From contig JAGVYL010000019.1 in NCBI GenBank assembly GCA_018303285.1, positions 1 to 51,423 of the forward strand: a stretch of 51,423 nucleotides of DNA. Reading direction: 5' to 3'. Below the pieces are notes generated by a model. That model did no database searches. It was given only the letters and a program-made list of their open reading frames with translations, and had not been told where the DNA came from. The position numbers and the translations under genes were made by a program. The first letter of the stretch is position 1. Every line of letters starts with the position of its first letter. The DNA comes from Candidatus Woesearchaeota archaeon (GTDB taxonomy: Archaea; Nanobdellota; Nanobdellia; Woesearchaeales; GW2011-AR9). Positions 28,060-37,414 of this stretch are shown piece by piece.

Positions 28060-29364
28060 ATGAAAACCTTTCTCCCCATCTCCAGTATCCTTTCTCCGGA
28101 ATATGAACATCAGGAAATCTCTCTCCGCGGCTGGATTTACCGGGAAAGAGGCAGTGGCAATGTCAAGTTTGTCGTCTTACGCGATTCTACAGAGATCATC
28201 CAATGCGTGATTGATAAAGAAGCAGTAGGGGAGGAAAACTTCAAGACTGCTGACAAGCTGCATCTAGAAGCTTCTCTTGAACTCACCGGCATCATCAAAA
28301 AAGAGCCGAGAGCTCCTACTGGCTACGAACTGCATGTCAAAAACTTTCAGGTCATCGGTCCCTGCGATAATTTTCCCATTGCCAAAGATTTCTCTCCAGA
28401 ATTTTTGCTGGACAATCGCCATCTCTGGCTAAGAAGCAGAAAGATGACTGCTGTTCTCAAAATCCGCCATACTGTCTTTGGAGCCATTCATGATTATTTC
28501 CGCGAACAAGGATTTTATGAATATCAATCTCCTATCTTCCAGCCAGCTGCTGCTGAAGGCGGCTCTACTCTATTCGAAGTTAATTATTTTGGCAAGCCGC
28601 TGTATCTCGCTCAAACTTGGCAGCTTTACGCTGAGCCGGCTATTTTCTCATTAGAAAAAATTTATACTATTGCTCCTTCTTTCCGAGCAGAGAAATCAAA
28701 GACCTCTCGCCATCTTACGGAATACTGGCATGCAGAGATGGAAATGGCGTGGTGTCATTTTACTGATATACAGATACATGGAGAAGCCCTGCTAAAAGAT
28801 ATAATCAAAACCGTTTTGGAAAAAAATGCAAAAGAGTTAGAATTGCTTAAACGCGATATTTCTAAACTCCGACCTGCAGCCACTAAATCCTTCCCCCGCA
28901 TCACTTACGATGAAGCTTTAAAACTGCTTAAAGAAAAAAACGGCATAGAATTGCCTTGGGGGGAAGATCTACGTACTGTTGAAGAAGACGAACTGATGAA
29001 ACATTTTGACACCCCGGTTATCGTTACACATTATCCCAAGAAAGTTAAAGCTTTCTACATGAAAGAGGATGAAAAAAACTCAGAAGTCGTTCTGGGCTGC
29101 GATTTTCTCGCTCCGGAAGGTTATGGAGAAATTATTGGCGGCTCCCAGCGGGAAGAAGTCTTGGAAAAGGTGGAACAGCGCCTACGAGAACAAGGTGAGG
29201 ATCCAGCTAAATATCAATTCTATCTAGATACCCGCCGTTACGGCTCAGTTCCTCATGGAGGATTCGGCATGGGGGTAGAAAGAGTTATTTCCTGGCTCTG
29301 CGGCTTAGACAACATCAAAGATGCCATTCCCTTTCCCCGGACTATGGTCAGGTTTACTCCATAA
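28060..29364 (+). CDS. asnS: Asparagine--tRNA ligase
   Basis: OB fold; EGGSTLF; FRAEKSKTSRHLTEYWHAE; APEGYGEIIGGSQRE; YGSVPHGGFGMGVER (AsnRS-type motifs). Confidence 0.92.
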   Translation: MKTFLPISSILSPEYEHQEISLRGWIYRERGSGNVKFVVLRDSTEIIQCVIDKEAVGEENFKTADKLHLEASLELTGIIKKEPRAPTGYELHVKNFQVIGPCDNFPIAKDFSPEFLLDNRHLWLRSRKMTAVLKIRHTVFGAIHDYFREQGFYEYQSPIFQPAAAEGGSTLFEVNYFGKPLYLAQTWQLYAEPAIFSLEKIYTIAPSFRAEKSKTSRHLTEYWHAEMEMAWCHFTDIQIHGEALLKDIIKTVLEKNAKELELLKRDISKLRPAATKSFPRITYDEALKLLKEKNGIELPWGEDLRTVEEDELMKHFDTPVIVTHYPKKVKAFYMKEDEKNSEVVLGCDFLAPEGYGEIIGGSQREEVLEKVEQRLREQGEDPAKYQFYLDTRRYGSVPHGGFGMGVERVISWLCGLDNIKDAIPFPRTMVRFTP

Positions 29365-29431
29365 ACCTTAAACACCTTCCTCTGCAAGAAGAGAACAATC
29401 TTTTTAAATAACCCCCCTTTCTTCAAAAAAC

Positions 29432-29689
29432 ATGGAAGGAAACATTGTTAATTTCCGCCGGGGAAAAAGGACTGTCCATCATTACCAGATGATTATTCGC
29501 ATCAATGGCGTTTCTAACAAAGAAAAAGCTCAGGCCGCCGTAGGAAAAACAATAGTCTGGACCAGCCCGGCCGGCAAGGAACTGAAAGGCAAGATTTCTG
29601 CCCCCCACGGAAGGAACGGCCAGGTACGGGCCATCTTCGAGACCGGTATGCCCGGACAGGCCATCGGCAGCAAAGTCAAAGTTATCTAA
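29432..29689 (+). CDS. rpl35ae: 50S ribosomal protein L35Ae
   Basis: GKISAPHGRNGQVRAIFETGMPGQAIG. Confidence 0.95.
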   Translation: MEGNIVNFRRGKRTVHHYQMIIRINGVSNKEKAQAAVGKTIVWTSPAGKELKGKISAPHGRNGQVRAIFETGMPGQAIGSKVKVI

Positions 29690-29690
29690 T
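29628..29690 (+). repeat. 63-bp direct repeat copy 1 (3' end of rpl35ae; att-like)
   Basis: Identical to 30993-31055. Confidence 0.95.
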
Positions 29691-29704
29691 CGGAGAAAGT
29701 TTCT

Positions 29705-30922
29705 TCAAACAAGTTCTTTTTCAAGGAACTCCTCTAGCGGGAAAATATTTTCTTTTTTCAATGATTTGGTAATCAACCGCAAGATAAATTCCTGATGCTT
29801 TTGACTGAATTTTTTTAGTCCTTCCTCTTCCCGAAGGGGAATCTCATTGCTGGAAGTTACGTTTATCGCAGTTTTTCCTGCTACAAAATCTACTTCCGAC
29901 TCGCCATCTCCCCAATAACTTATTTCGCTATACTGCTCAACAAGTTTTATCAGTACCGCATTTTCAAACATCTGCCCCACGTTTTTGGAATATCTTACTT
30001 GAATGGCGTTTATTAAGCCTAAATCCAAGCAATAAAATTTAGGCAATTTGGCGATGTCATGCCTCACTTTGAGGGAATAGGAAAAAAAAGTTACTTCAAA
30101 CAGCAAGTACGCATCTAGCATATAACTAATGTAAGTTTGTAAGGTATCTTTAGCCAAACCAAACATTTTTGACAGTTTATTTATACTTACTTTTGAGCCT
30201 GAAGCGGCAACTAAATATCTCGCCAATTCCATCACTTGCTTGGTATTTCTTATAGCGTACCGATCGATAATATCTTTATGAATAATATCTTCAAAATACT
30301 GTTGTAAAAGAAAAGTTTTCTTCTCCTCTGATTTTTCCAAGACTACTTCGGGGAATCCTCCATAATGGAAATATTCTTCGGTATTTCCAGAAGGAGAAAA
30401 AAGAAGAAATTCGCTGAAAGAAAGCGGCAGGACTGTGAACGATAGATTTCTTCCAGTTAGAAGAGTGGATAATTCTTTTGAGAGCAACGATGCTGAAGAG
30501 CCGGAAAGAATAAATTTGATATTTTCTCCGAGATCGTATTTTGTCCTGATCCATTTTTCCCAGGAAGAAATCTTTTGGATTTCATCTATAAAAAAATAGA
30601 CTTTTCCCTTATTCTTTGCATACTGCTGGTAAGTATCCAACACCTCATCAAATAGTTCCAGCGTGAGATTATCCGCAAAGCCATAGTCTTCAAGATTTAG
30701 GTAAAGGATTTGTTTTTTATCCTTTCCAGCGTTAAGCAATTCTTCCATCAATTGCCTAAGGAGGGTGGATTTGCCGCTGCGCCTTATGCCCTTCAAAACT
30801 AATACCTCTTTTCTTTCCATAAAAGGCATGATTTTTTTGATGTATTTTTCCCTCTTAACACCCGAGGATATTTTCCTCTCCCAAAGATTCCATTTTTGCA
30901 GTATTTCGATTATCCCTTTCAT
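29705..30922 (-). CDS. AAA+ ATPase (AAA_14) with DUF4143/PD-(D/E)xK-like C-terminus
   Basis: GIRRSGKS, FFIDEIQ, LSGSSA, LTGR, YGGFPE, PKFYCLDLG, FENAV, EVDFV. Confidence 0.92.
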   Translation of the reverse strand: MKGIIEILQKWNLWERKISSGVKREKYIKKIMPFMERKEVLVLKGIRRSGKSTLLRQLMEELLNAGKDKKQILYLNLEDYGFADNLTLELFDEVLDTYQQYAKNKGKVYFFIDEIQKISSWEKWIRTKYDLGENIKFILSGSSASLLSKELSTLLTGRNLSFTVLPLSFSEFLLFSPSGNTEEYFHYGGFPEVVLEKSEEKKTFLLQQYFEDIIHKDIIDRYAIRNTKQVMELARYLVAASGSKVSINKLSKMFGLAKDTLQTYISYMLDAYLLFEVTFFSYSLKVRHDIAKLPKFYCLDLGLINAIQVRYSKNVGQMFENAVLIKLVEQYSEISYWGDGESEVDFVAGKTAINVTSSNEIPLREEEGLKKFSQKHQEFILRLITKSLKKENIFPLEEFLEKELV

Positions 30923-30953
30923 ACCATGTAACCATTTCCTGTCTATTTATAAA

Positions 30954-30975
30954 GGTTTCCAATATGTTGGAAACC
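30954..30975. promoter_or_regulatory. Palindromic operator-like site next to the ATPase promoter
   Basis: GGTTTCCAA-TATG-TTGGAAACC abutting minus-strand TTTATAAA box. Confidence 0.5.
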
Positions 30976-30992
30976 ATATCAAAAAGCAGATT

Positions 30993-31055
30993 GGGCCATC
31001 TTCGAGACCGGTATGCCCGGACAGGCCATCGGCAGCAAAGTCAAAGTTATCTAAT
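30993..31055 (+). repeat. 63-bp direct repeat copy 2 (orphan rpl35ae 3' end)
   Basis: Identical to 29628-29690. Confidence 0.95.
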
Positions 31056-31127
31056 AATTTTCTTTAGAAAGCTAAAACCTTATATACTCCTTCTTATTTA
31101 TTTCGAAGATAAAAGAGAGTGTAACCT

Positions 31128-32825
31128 ATGGCCGAAGGACAAAGTGGAAGCGCTGTTAAATGGGTAGTTATTCTTATAATCTTGGCCTTTATCGGAGTAG
31201 CTGCTTTCATGGGTTTAAAAGGTGGGGGCTGGATGCGAGGAATTGATTTTTCCAAATTTACTTCCCCTACTTTTTTTCTGAATATTTTTTTAATCGGCGG
31301 ATTTATGATTTTGGTGGGATATTTTACTCCCCCATTTAAAGATGCTTTAAATCCCAAACAAGGTAAAACAGGAACTGCTGCGTATATACTAATCCTTCTA
31401 TTTATAGTGATTGGGGGGTACATCTCGTTTCAATTAGGGGATCTAAAAGTCTACCAGCATGAACTTATTAAATGGCTTTTTCCATTTCAAAACGATCAAT
31501 TCAACTTCAAGCCTTTAGCTAATGTCGGAATTTTCTGGTTTTTGATGGCGTTTATTCTTCCCATTCTTCCGTTGGGAAATATTGGAAAAAAAATTGGACA
31601 ATTCTTTCAAAAAAATGATGGAACCGCCAACACTCCTGGTTATGTCTTAGCTGTAGTTATAGCCCTAATTTTGGCCTACAATCTGGTCGAATTTGATGCT
31701 AGCAAAAATATTGTTAACGCTCCAGGTATTTGGGAACATTCTACGTTTACTGATGCGGAAAAGTTCCTCTTCGGAGAAAGGGCGCCTGATGCCGGTCTTT
31801 TCGGAGAGCATACCGGAACATATTCTTCTAAAGGAAAGCTCAAGTATGGCATTCTAAAGATAGAAGTTGATTCTGTAGGCAAAAAAGTTTATCCTTTGCC
31901 TGCAGGGATTATTGTGTTTATTTTGCTCCTTGCAGCCACGAGTTTAAGTGCAAGAATTCAACAAGGTTTGGGAGGCTTAGGCAACTTTAGACATTGGATC
32001 TTCGGATTTATTGCTGTTTTTGCTGCTAATAATGGAGTCTCCTTAAACGCAATATTATATGTGACTTATGTCGGAATAGTCTTTGCCGTTTATATGCCTC
32101 TCTCCGCGATACCTTTCTTCAACCAAGATGGGAGGAGGATTTGGGCCTTAGCCGCAGCAGTGATGGCAGCAGATTATTCTGCCCAGATTCTTGTCTCATT
32201 TGGTTTCTTTACTTCTCCGCCCCCCTTTATTCCCGGAGAAAGCCCAGTAACTAAACTCATTTGGTTGGTAGTGGGAGTATCCTTGTTTATCTTTTTAAGA
32301 TCTATAGGGAGCGGTGCTATCCGAAGCATTGCTTCTATTTACCGATGTAGTGCTTGCAATCGAAGATGCGAAGAAACACCTCCTGGTTCAGAAGATTACG
32401 TGTGTCCCCATTGCGGACCAACTCCTCCAACTTGTGAATCTGTAGGGGGATTAAGTGATGTAGGTTGCATGATAGGGATGGCGTTAGGAAGAAAACTTAA
32501 AGATAGTATCAACAATTGGAATGCCAGCCGGGAAGCTAAAAGAAGATTGATATTAGATATTGAAAATGAATTAAATTTGCCAACGCCAGACATTCCCGCT
32601 CTTACCGCTAATCTTGCTCAAGCAGTGGAAAACGGCTATTTTAATAAAGCTGGAGATATTCTAGCTAGGATAAACCGGCTGACCAATGATGCAGATAAAC
32701 TGAGTGTTTTACAAACAATTGTGGACGAGGAAAATGCTCGTACTACCAAAAAATTTGCTCCGGCAGAATTCACACTTTTGACTAATGAGTTAACTAGACT
32801 AACAACGCCACCCCCAACACCTTAA
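31128..32825 (+). CDS. Polytopic membrane protein with C-terminal Zn ribbon
   Basis: Many hydrophobic helices; CSAC...CPHC; Pro-rich tail. Confidence 0.75.
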   Translation: MAEGQSGSAVKWVVILIILAFIGVAAFMGLKGGGWMRGIDFSKFTSPTFFLNIFLIGGFMILVGYFTPPFKDALNPKQGKTGTAAYILILLFIVIGGYISFQLGDLKVYQHELIKWLFPFQNDQFNFKPLANVGIFWFLMAFILPILPLGNIGKKIGQFFQKNDGTANTPGYVLAVVIALILAYNLVEFDASKNIVNAPGIWEHSTFTDAEKFLFGERAPDAGLFGEHTGTYSSKGKLKYGILKIEVDSVGKKVYPLPAGIIVFILLLAATSLSARIQQGLGGLGNFRHWIFGFIAVFAANNGVSLNAILYVTYVGIVFAVYMPLSAIPFFNQDGRRIWALAAAVMAADYSAQILVSFGFFTSPPPFIPGESPVTKLIWLVVGVSLFIFLRSIGSGAIRSIASIYRCSACNRRCEETPPGSEDYVCPHCGPTPPTCESVGGLSDVGCMIGMALGRKLKDSINNWNASREAKRRLILDIENELNLPTPDIPALTANLAQAVENGYFNKAGDILARINRLTNDADKLSVLQTIVDEENARTTKKFAPAEFTLLTNELTRLTTPPPTP

Positions 32826-32834
32826 GGAGGAAAA

Positions 32835-32987
32835 ATGAACCGCGAAAAAATTAAAGGATTGGTAAATGAGTATATTCGATTAAGCCAAACAGATGTACAA
32901 ACAGCCAGGAACATTTTAGGCGAAGAAAACTTTAAAAAGGTACTTAGCCGTCTTCCCTTGGAAAAAAGAAGAGTCTTACAAAAATGA
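32835..32987 (+). CDS. Small hypothetical protein (50 aa)
   Basis: AGGAGG SD; MNREKIKGLVNEYIRLSQTDVQTARNILGEENFKKVLSRLPLEKRRVLQK*; ATGA overlap with the next gene. Confidence 0.7.
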   Translation: MNREKIKGLVNEYIRLSQTDVQTARNILGEENFKKVLSRLPLEKRRVLQK

Positions 32988-34087
32988 TTGATCTGCAACA
33001 AGCCAGTTATCTTGAACAGGAAGAGCGTTACTTAAAACAGCTCCTGCAAGGTTTAACAAAAGACCCTGGTGCGTGGGTAACTACTATCAACCAAAATCAA
33101 GGAAGAATCAAGGAGATACTCACCCATGGAAAACCTCTCCTCCGTCGATGGGTAGTGGAAAAATCTTTAGCTCGTTTACATTTAGAAGAATTACAGCTTC
33201 AGGCTCAAAAAAGCAGCCGCTTAAACAAATTTTTACTTGCAGTGGAAGCGGCTTCAGACACCCTGTCTCTCTTATCCGTTATCCACTTATTTAAAGATGC
33301 TCTACTTGATCCTTCGTCTGCAGAGGAAATAGAAAAATTGATTCTTCCTCTTCTCCGTTATCCTGATGAAATAAAACTTTTGAAGGAACTGGAAGTCCAG
33401 TTACTCTCTTTGGAAAAAGAATGGGAGAACAAAAACACGTTTAGAGATCCGTTAAAAGAAACTAAAGGATTGTATCATCGCATGCAAGATGAATTAATCT
33501 CCCAATTAAAAAAAGATTTCGGCGATTTGGAAACCGCAGAATTCTTAAAAAGTAATTTGCAAAGAGATGAATTCCGATTGCCTTTTCCCCGTCCGGGAAT
33601 ACTCCGACAATTAGTGGAAAGAACTCTTGCTGCTTTGCAGCTGCCGGAAAATCTTTCAAGAAAATTGACTGTGATTAAGCCTGCTCTTGTTAATTATATT
33701 CACGCAGAACAAGAAAAAATAAACCACAAGATGGAAAAGGAGATTGATAAACTCACAGGATACATCCAAGAACGTCTTGGAGAAATAGCCCAAAGCAATG
33801 CTGCTCTGGCAGATGATATTGACACTCGGTTCAACATCTTGGATGAATTTGTCCGTTTTCTTGATATTAATGCAGAGGAACTCCTTTCCAGTCAAGGAGT
33901 ACTATTCAGTTTAGAGCGAGAAAGAGATGAATCCCGCTTGAACACCGTAGTATCGGCTTATCTTGCTAAACAAAAAGAACTTTCCAGCGCATCAGAGAAA
34001 AGTCTTTCCCGTATCAAAACATTAAATGGAGTGGCTTTAAATCGTGAAGCCATTGCTGAAGATGCGTTAGCCAGTGCTTTAAAATGA
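32984..34087 (+). CDS. Alpha-helical hypothetical protein
   Basis: 367-aa L/E/K-rich ORF with ATGA overlaps at both ends. Confidence 0.7.
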   Translation: MIDLQQASYLEQEERYLKQLLQGLTKDPGAWVTTINQNQGRIKEILTHGKPLLRRWVVEKSLARLHLEELQLQAQKSSRLNKFLLAVEAASDTLSLLSVIHLFKDALLDPSSAEEIEKLILPLLRYPDEIKLLKELEVQLLSLEKEWENKNTFRDPLKETKGLYHRMQDELISQLKKDFGDLETAEFLKSNLQRDEFRLPFPRPGILRQLVERTLAALQLPENLSRKLTVIKPALVNYIHAEQEKINHKMEKEIDKLTGYIQERLGEIAQSNAALADDIDTRFNILDEFVRFLDINAEELLSSQGVLFSLERERDESRLNTVVSAYLAKQKELSSASEKSLSRIKTLNGVALNREAIAEDALASALK

Positions 34088-35178
34088 AGATAAAAAAAGG
34101 ATTTATGAAAAAGAGGATGATGGTGTTAATTTCATTACTATTCATTCTCTTCCTTTTTCCTATGGTTTCAGCCCAAGGATTCTTAGACAATCTTCGTTAC
34201 GGTACTACTGGTTTAGGTCTTTATGATACAAATAAAACATTGATTGACTTTCTATTTTTCTTTACCCTATTCTTGTCTATCAATTGGATTTCTCTTAAGA
34301 GAGTATACGGAAAAGATAGTAAAGAACGCGGCCCTCTCTTAGGGATTGCCATTGTTGTTTCTTTAGCTCTTGCCATTGGCGCTTTAAAGGCCGGCCTCAG
34401 CCCCTCATTTCTTATTCCCTTTATGCAGTATATCTTCTTTTTTATCGGTGTGGCTTTTGCTTATTTAATCATCGTCTGGCTGGGCAAAATAGAAAAATGG
34501 TGGGCTAAGCTTTTGGCATTTCTCTTCGCCTTCCTCTTAGTTTGGATTATTCTTAATATCGGCAGCTACCTTCTTGTCGGAGGAGGAGATTCAAATGCAG
34601 AAGTGGAAGGAGAAAGCTTCTGGGATCAAACTAAAGCTACGCTTAGCGAGATGTTGGATTCGTTATGGGCTATACCTGGAGAACTAATCGAAGAAGAGAC
34701 AATACCAACAGAAGAACCGGCTGAAGAAACTCCTCCAGAAGAAGAAACCTCTGAAGGGGAAGTAACACCAGAAGAAGACGCAACTGAAGAGACTCCTCCC
34801 GAAGAAGTTCCAGAAGACACACCAGAAGAGGAAACTCCTCCCACAGAACTAGAAACCATTCCTATTCCAATTGAACCTGAATCCACTCCTGCTCCAAAAA
34901 CACCAACAGGAGAACCTGATGAAGAAACATCGGCTGGATGGTTCAGCAGATTAGATACTTGGATAAACAAGAACCCCTTTCTTGCGGGGGGAGGATTTAT
35001 ACTTCTTCTAATAGCTTCAATCATGGGGGGTGCAATTGGTATACCTAAAATATTTAAGTATAAAGAGGAACGGCATCCTGCTTTCTTATCTGAAGATTTA
35101 GAAAATTTAGAACGTGTTATGGACAATCCGGATGAATTAGAGTATATACAATCTGTAGAAGATTATCCCTGGAAATAA
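34084..35178 (+). CDS. Membrane protein with acidic Pro/Glu/Thr-rich linker
   Basis: Signal peptide, ~4 TM helices, EETPPEE repeats, further TM. Confidence 0.75.
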   Translation: MKIKKGFMKKRMMVLISLLFILFLFPMVSAQGFLDNLRYGTTGLGLYDTNKTLIDFLFFFTLFLSINWISLKRVYGKDSKERGPLLGIAIVVSLALAIGALKAGLSPSFLIPFMQYIFFFIGVAFAYLIIVWLGKIEKWWAKLLAFLFAFLLVWIILNIGSYLLVGGGDSNAEVEGESFWDQTKATLSEMLDSLWAIPGELIEEETIPTEEPAEETPPEEETSEGEVTPEEDATEETPPEEVPEDTPEEETPPTELETIPIPIEPESTPAPKTPTGEPDEETSAGWFSRLDTWINKNPFLAGGGFILLLIASIMGGAIGIPKIFKYKEERHPAFLSEDLENLERVMDNPDELEYIQSVEDYPWK

Positions 35179-35181
35179 AAA

Positions 35182-35841
35182 ATGGCAAAAAAAACCTCTG
35201 AGCTTAGAGCAGAAGAAGTGCTTAAACTGAGTAATCTAATCGGCAAGTCTAATACAAAATTAGATCGGATTATTGATTCTTACCAAACAGAAATCAAAGA
35301 AAGATTTGGTTCCGTAGACAAGTTTAAAGAGTTTATTCGACGTTATCCAAAATGGCATAAAGACATCACTCAATTTTTAAGAGTTTTGAAGCTAAGACTC
35401 CAAGCCAAAAAACAATCCGCGAAAACAAGTAACGCACACATAGAGAATCTTTCGATTGAACGCACCATTGGTGTAGTAGACTATCTACTTAAGGAATTTG
35501 AAGAGCATCGGTATAATAGGCTAAAAGACGCATTCGACAACATCCTCATTGAACTTAGACCTATTGTTCGGGGAACTGTAGAAGAAGAATCAGAAGACTA
35601 TTCACAAGATGGTGAAAGAACGAAATTAGAACAACGAAAGGAAAATCTGAAAGGTCAGATACGAGTAGCTAAAAATGGAATTAATGCAATAAAAATGGGA
35701 AAAACGAAGTATTCCTTAAAAGAGTGTTCCGCAATAGAAGAAATAATAAAAAAGCAAGAAGATGAGATAAGAAGTATAAATCTTAGGTTAGGATTACATA
35801 AGGAGAACGGCATAATAATCTCTGGATCTGCTGAAGTATAA
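35182..35841 (+). CDS. Coiled-coil hypothetical protein
   Basis: 219-aa charged helical ORF in the operon. Confidence 0.65.
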   Translation: MAKKTSELRAEEVLKLSNLIGKSNTKLDRIIDSYQTEIKERFGSVDKFKEFIRRYPKWHKDITQFLRVLKLRLQAKKQSAKTSNAHIENLSIERTIGVVDYLLKEFEEHRYNRLKDAFDNILIELRPIVRGTVEEESEDYSQDGERTKLEQRKENLKGQIRVAKNGINAIKMGKTKYSLKECSAIEEIIKKQEDEIRSINLRLGLHKENGIIISGSAEV

Positions 35842-35981
35842 AAGACATCCTCTCCTCGAGATGAAGAAGCTCTTTATCAAGAAGCTGTAGCCATTGCTCG
35901 GCGTAGAAAATCTACTTCCGCTAATGGCTTCAACGTGATCTTAAAAAAATTATTGACAAAATAGTTTTATTGCATAAATAA
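35842..35981 (+). pseudogene. Possible degraded FtsK-gamma-like winged-helix remnant
   Basis: Past the TAA in frame: DEEALYQEAVAIARRRKSTSA; after a frameshift at ~35924: WLQRDLKKIIDKI. Confidence 0.35.
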
Positions 35982-36040
35982 ACACAAATTATCTAAGTCT
36001 TAACGGAAAAGCTTAAAAACGTAGATTTATTCCTTTAGAT

Positions 36041-36736
36041 ATGGCCGATGAAGCTAAACCCGCTGCTAAAAAGAGTACTAATTGGGGGGTATTCTTCCTT
36101 AAGGTATTCTTAATCCTTCTCTTGATATATTTGATTCTCGTTCCCGGAGTAAACATTCTTTACAACTGGGGAGACACTGGAGGATTCCATCTTAGAGCAA
36201 AAGATTTCTCTCCCCTTACTACTTGGAAAAACATTCAATTGTCTATTAAATCCGTAGGAAACGAGATAGATTCTGTTTCCGAAGATGATGCAGAAACTAT
36301 TCCAGAAGAAGATACTATTAAAGAAGGAACAGAGGACGAGTCCGCAGCTCCTCCTACAGATGAATCTGAAACATCACCAATTGAAGAAACAACTTCTGAT
36401 TCCCTCACCTCTGCAAAAGATTATAAAAAGTGCGATAAAGATGAAGATTGCAAAGATGAAAATAAATTCTATTGCGAAAACAAACAATGTAAATCATATT
36501 GTGGCGAGGCGGCAAGCTGTTCGAAAGGGGAGAAATGCGATGACGATACTAATCGATGTGTTTCTACCAGTTGGATATCGGGGAATTGGTGGTGGATATT
36601 AGTTGGAATAGTTATAATCCTCGGAGGCATATTTGGTCTTAAAAAATGGCGAACTGGCCGCTCCGGAGGAGGAACTCCCTCTTCTCCTCCATCAGGTGCT
36701 CCTGCAGCCAGCAGTGCAGTCAGTGGAACACCATGA
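36041..36736 (+). CDS. Membrane protein with acidic linker and Cys-rich module
   Basis: N-terminal TM, D/E/T linker, CDKDEDC...CENKQC...CSKGEKC...RC, C-terminal TM. Confidence 0.75.
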   Translation: MADEAKPAAKKSTNWGVFFLKVFLILLLIYLILVPGVNILYNWGDTGGFHLRAKDFSPLTTWKNIQLSIKSVGNEIDSVSEDDAETIPEEDTIKEGTEDESAAPPTDESETSPIEETTSDSLTSAKDYKKCDKDEDCKDENKFYCENKQCKSYCGEAASCSKGEKCDDDTNRCVSTSWISGNWWWILVGIVIILGGIFGLKKWRTGRSGGGTPSSPPSGAPAASSAVSGTP

Positions 36737-37122
36737 AAACTGAAGAACTAAAACAGGGAAAGAAAAACCTAGCTATTACCCGGCTGGCCCACCTCTCTCC
36801 AAAAAAAATTTCAGAATTATGCCGCGCATTTGAAACTGAAATTCATTCTGCAGGATACACTCCGGAAAAATACGCCAAACTGGTGATAGAATACAAAACC
36901 TGGTTGAACGAAGTAGAATCGTGGTTTAAGGCGCTGGAAAAAGATTTTTCTGCTAACAAAAAGATTCAAGACATAATACTAGTTTTAAGAGAAGAGATTG
37001 AAGATAAAAATGCTTCGCTTCACAAAATTTATGCAGATTACGCTATCTTAGGAAAATTAGTAGAAGATGCTAAAAAAGCTTCTCTTCCCGCTTCCTTACC
37101 AAAAAATGAAAGAACTGCTTAA
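36733..37122 (+). CDS. Hypothetical protein (start MKTEELKQ)
   Basis: ATGA overlap with the upstream stop favours 36733 over 36646. Confidence 0.6.
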   Translation: MKTEELKQGKKNLAITRLAHLSPKKISELCRAFETEIHSAGYTPEKYAKLVIEYKTWLNEVESWFKALEKDFSANKKIQDIILVLREEIEDKNASLHKIYADYAILGKLVEDAKKASLPASLPKNERTA

Positions 37123-37414
37123 AATAATTACGGGGATATTTGCAGAAGAAGACGCAGAGAAGAAGAAACAACTTATAATCTATCTTCAGCAGCTTCTTCT
37201 GGGAAAAATTTCTTCTATAAAAAAGGAAAAAGAAAGAAAAAGATATCTCGCATTATTAGACTTACTGAAAGAGGGGAAAATCAAACAGATGCAGGAGAAA
37301 ATCCATTCATACTTGAAAAAAGATAAATCCCGGTTTCCTTGGTGGATATTCCTTATTATCCTGTTACTTCTCTTGATTACAGGATTTTTTCTCTTTAAAT
37401 TAAAGATCTTCTAA
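37106..37414 (+). CDS. Hypothetical tail-anchored protein (or frameshifted continuation of the previous ORF)
   Basis: MKELLKII...; C-terminal TM FPWWIFLIILLLLLITGFFLF. Confidence 0.55.
   Translation: MKELLKIITGIFAEEDAEKKKQLIIYLQQLLLGKISSIKKEKERKRYLALLDLLKEGKIKQMQEKIHSYLKKDKSRFPWWIFLIILLLLLITGFFLFKLKIF

Noticed and set aside
28060..29364. Non-discriminating AspRS
   Set aside because: RHLTEYWHAE and GEIIGGSQRE match AsnRS rather than archaeal AspRS (EISSGAQR-type)
30964..31167. 67-aa ORF over the second 63-bp repeat
   Set aside because: Out-of-frame reading of the duplicated rpl35ae tail, with a TTG start and overlap into the next gene
34626..35126. 166-aa Ser/Gly-rich minus-strand ORF and similar antisense ORFs (e.g. 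39359-39892, 47888-48406)
   Set aside because: Shadow frames of well-supported genes on the opposite strand
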